Part shown: positions 56,662-64,000 of the stretch, in pieces
Layout: each line of letters begins with the position of its first letter
How positions within the stretch are numbered: the first letter of the stretch is position 1
Origin: Ramazzottius varieornatus
Taxonomy: Eukaryota > Animalia > Tardigrada
NCBI GenBank assembly: GCA_001949185.1
Contig: BDGG01000014.1
Span: 837,378 to 901,377, forward strand
Reading direction: 5' to 3'
DNA: 64,000 bases
The notes under the pieces: generated by a model
What the model was told of the DNA's origin: nothing
Database searches by the model: none
Seen by the model: the letters and a program-made list of their open reading frames with translations, nothing else
Position numbers and translations under genes: made by a program

Positions 56662-58038
56662 ATGTCCGACGACGAAGGCATGAGTATCCATGCCGATCAA
56701 GAGGACACCGATATCGAAGAACCACCCGCGGCCAGTATCTCGAAAAGGGGTCGAGTTCAGCATCCTACTACAAAGGCAGCCGCCAGACGAAAGACAGCCG
56801 GTCGAAAGCCAACTGGAAGAAAAACAGCCGGTAATCGATTCAAGCCAGCGAAGCGAATCTCGGCCAGAACCTCGGGTCGAGTAACAGCGCTGTAATCGAC
56901 TTGATGCGTCGCATGTCCACTATCGCAGCACAGAATAATTCCACTTTCACGCTCAAGCATGTTAGCGGTGTCGACAACAGTATCACTGACTCACTATCCC
57001 GCTTTCAGAACAAAAGATTCCGGCAGCCAGTTCCCGATGCCGCCGCCGATCCAGTTCCCCTTCTGAACATTCTCACAGAACTGCAGGAGACCTATGACCG
57101 CTCGTACGCATGAAGTACCAGCATGAGGTTGACAATCTGCTTCATAATCATATCGGTGAGAGTACAAGAAATACCTATGACACCGGTGTTCGTCAATATC
57201 TCCACCTCTGCCGAAGTCACGCACTCAACGGCCTCCGCTTCACACCAGACGCTCTACTGAAATACCTCGGCTACCTCTTTCGTTCTCCACAGCGAAGGTT
57301 TACGTGAGTGGAATAAATGACTATATCGTCGAAGAAGGACATCCGAGCCTCCTAAAGCATTCCGCGATCCAGCGGGCTCTTCTAGGCTTCAGGCGTCTCC
57401 ATCCACCACTGAACGATAAAAGGCTTCCCATCACGCTTCCCATCCTCCGTCACATCCATCGCAACATCAAGAACTCCCCTTCCCTATCTCCGCTCATAAA
57501 GGCCCTCTTCTGGTCTGCCTGTAAGATGGCTTACGTCGGGTTCTTACGAGCCAGCGAGTTCACCACGACGGGAAGGAACGCCGCACACACCTTACAACAC
57601 AGAGAAGTCGTAATCGCGCATGACAGTGTCAAGCTCCGCCTTCGATCGTCGAAGACCGATCAGCACAAAGCAGGAAGCTCCATGAAGTTACCTGCCACCA
57701 GACGATCACTCTGTCCTGTGGATGCAGCTCAACCTTATCTTGAGCTGCGCCCCCTGCCGGTCACTCATTATGAAGCTTTCTTCGTTCTCCACGACAACTC
57801 GCCCTTGACCAGAAGAATGTTCGTTTCGCATCTCCAGAATCTCCTCCATGGAGTTGCCCATCTCGACCGCTACTCGACGCGCAGTTTCCGCATTGGCGCG
57901 GCCACAGAAGCCTCCAATCAAGGTCGTGCACCCGAAGAGACACAGCAAGCCGGTCGCTGGAAGAGCAGCTGCTACAACGACTACATTCGAAACAAGAAAC
58001 ACACCATGGGTCTTCACGCGTATCACAGTATTGGGTGA
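56662..58038 (+). mobile_element. Internally deleted DIRS/Ngaro-like tyrosine-recombinase retroelement
   Basis: Short basic ORF; RNase H C-terminus (LMRR..F.LKHVSGVDNSITDSLSR.Q..RFR...P.A); overlapping (ATGA) recombinase with STRNTY, RLPIT, GFLRASE, SKTDQ, CPV, SFRIGAAT, GRWKS..Y..YIR; frame break near 57304. Confidence 0.85.
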
Positions 58039-58753
58039 TCTATTTCTGTTTGGGGTCTCTGAGCTCGCTAACGGGACCGTTGCAGCTCAGAGGAACAGGT
58101 GGAAGGCTGATGCGCCAAGCCGTCACTTCCGCCTCGGTCTCGCCCAAATAAAACTATATACTTATTTCTGCTTACCACGTTATGTTCATTAATCAAGGAT
58201 TTTTGCACGAGGCAGCTCATCATGCAGAATGTTATGATGAATCAGTCTCCGTCTTTCAGTCCGCCAAGCGGGGCAAGGCTGCTATTTTCGGTTTGTACCC
58301 AAGCCGCATTTCGTTTTGTACCCAGGCTTTCATCGTTATTTCATTCCACCGGTTCTCCGCCTTCACCTTGTGGCTTGTGGCTCGCAGCGTTGTGAAAGCT
58401 TGCTGCGTTACAAGTATTCTTTTGAGCTCTTTTCTAACGAGCAAGTGCTCTCACCTCAGCGGACCATATTTAATCGAAAATCAGACGATAAAAAACCGCT
58501 GTCCAAAATTCTGTATGAGCGTAAATAACAAAGCGCAGTAATAAAGCTCTCATTTCCTGTTTAGATAAAATACCGACAGAACAAAACTCTCACAAACAGG
58601 ACATCAGTCATTAGTCGTTCGTACAATTCATTTTACTGGCAAACAAATCTATTCATAAAGGAGAAGAAAACGTAGCAAAGCCGAAAACAGACTCGAACCT
58701 AATAAAGACCCATCATCGTTACAGTTCCTTGCTTCTTCCTTTTGCCCCTCCTT

Positions 58754-58822
58754 CCACATCACCATCCGATGCTGACCGCTGAAGCAATATCAGTTTCGAT
58801 CTGCATCATCATTATCGACATA
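58754..58822 (-). promoter_or_regulatory. Type II SECIS element in the TGR 3' UTR
   Basis: Minus strand A-UGAU-GAUGC-A-GAUCG-AAA-CUGA-(UAUUGCU)-UCAG-CGGUC-A-GCAUC-GGAU: UGA/GA quartet, helix II, AAA bulge and mini-helix, ~105 nt after the stop. Confidence 0.88.
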
Positions 58823-58917
58823 GAATTCAGAGCAAGAAACTTGTAACTCAGCGTTGCTGCACATAATCCTCGACTACGACATAAGGGATATCGCGCCGAG
58901 GAATGCTGCAGCCCGCT

Positions 58918-62824
<3,907 letters not shown>

Positions 62825-64000
62825 AGCCCAGGAGCTGGAACGACCATCACAAGTCACGTTAGTCTGACATATTCCGCTGCTTCTACTTCTGATATGAACG
62901 ATGAGAAGTACCACACGGAACAAAAGCGTCTTGTCATGCTACGATAAGCAAAGAAACAGGTTGTGCTGGTTTATCCGTCGTTAACCTGTGAGCTATTCAA
63001 GTAATCAACGTAGCCATAGGGATCCGTATCAGTCGGCCCCGCCTTCGGCTGATATCAACATTGTTTGCGTCGCGCTTACAAGAAACGCGATTACGCCATA
63101 GCGCCATGTGCTAAACTGCGCGGACTTACCCGAACTCGAGCCTCAACTCGTCACGCCCAGCGTCAGTCAAACATCTGCAAAACCCGCTTTTGTTATCTTT
63201 TAGATTTCAGTCTCATCCTGAATCTCCAGACGTCCTTAGTCCAGACGTTGTCCGGCTCCTCAGACTCATTGTTGTTTTCCACCGATATTTTATCGGCAGT
63301 CTGGCAGATAAACAAACAGAGTTTGCATTAAAGTGGCTCAGCTGAGACTGAGAGCCTGAGACAAAGGAAACAAACGATAATCGCCGCTGCCACTTGCTAG
63401 TTCTGACGAAGAGCTCCAGCAACCAGCAAGATGACTTGGCTTTTCTTCCTTCCTCCGAATCATTCCTACTCTCCTCCAGGTGTCGATTTGATGGAAGAGC
63501 GATTAATAATATCGCTGATAAATGATAACAGGTCACAGTTGCATGTTTGCCGTATGACTTCAAAGATGGAAGAACTCCAAGGCGGGACGAGCATCGCCTT
63601 TTATTGCTCCCCATCCGCCCATTTCGCCAACTCAGCAATTACACTTCTGGTCTCGCCCGTACCATTATACAATGAACAAAATACCATCCCCATGACATCA
63701 GACAGACAATCTTCACTTTTGACACTCACGTCATCAGGCTACTCTTTGTCAAACTGGACATCAGTGGACGAGCTGCGGAGTACCAAAGTAATTGAGTTCT
63801 CCGAGTGTCGGGTGTTTCGTACTGCTTTTGGCCACTTTTAAACGCAAATAAAAACGAGAAAACAGCAAGTGCGTACAGGAGAGAAGCAGCATGAGAAAAA
63901 ACACAGAAACCGGGGCCACCAGATTTACAGAAATTTGCCGGTCTTCCTTTCTTGTCGGTGGACATGGAGGGAGTCTTCAATCAGAAACCTATAAGCACAA

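Noticed and set aside
57110-58038. Phage integrase or prophage
   Set aside because: The overlapping RNase H tail and motif style match DIRS/Ngaro elements; no phage genes are present
63431-63841. ORF divergent from TGR
   Set aside because: Could be the first exon of the next gene, but there is no motif to support a call

Overview
Eukaryotic (animal) genomic DNA with short GT-AG introns and one 50-N gap. The repertoire (divergent class A GPCRs, an ANF-receptor-like gene, foreign-looking GH3 and UGT genes) suggests a tardigrade-like invertebrate, which is an inference only. Host genes: a CUB-domain receptor tyrosine kinase (5' partial), a DHRS11-like SDR whose catalytic Tyr is Phe, an intron-bearing bacterial-type GH3 beta-glucosidase, a Tctex-1 dynein light chain, a CRF/DH44-like class B GPCR, an SLC17/sialin transporter, four class A GPCRs (three disrupted), a plant-like UGT pseudogene, an ANF-receptor-type membrane protein and a selenoprotein thioredoxin-glutathione reductase. 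Mobile DNA: a degenerate two-gene PIF/Harbinger, a deleted DIRS/Ngaro tyrosine-recombinase element, mariner, hAT and chromodomain relics, and many MITE or foldback elements. Top leads: (1) the TGR has two tandem dithiol glutaredoxin domains joined by an in-frame splice, a GCUG tail and a type II SECIS; (2) a dispersed palindrome family, GATC-N7-CAAGTGGCGCA-N27-TGCGCCACTTG-N7-GATC, with an invariant 27-nt spacer in 7 units at 5 loci, mostly intronic; (3) a Harbinger carrying a SERCA Ca-ATPase fragment.
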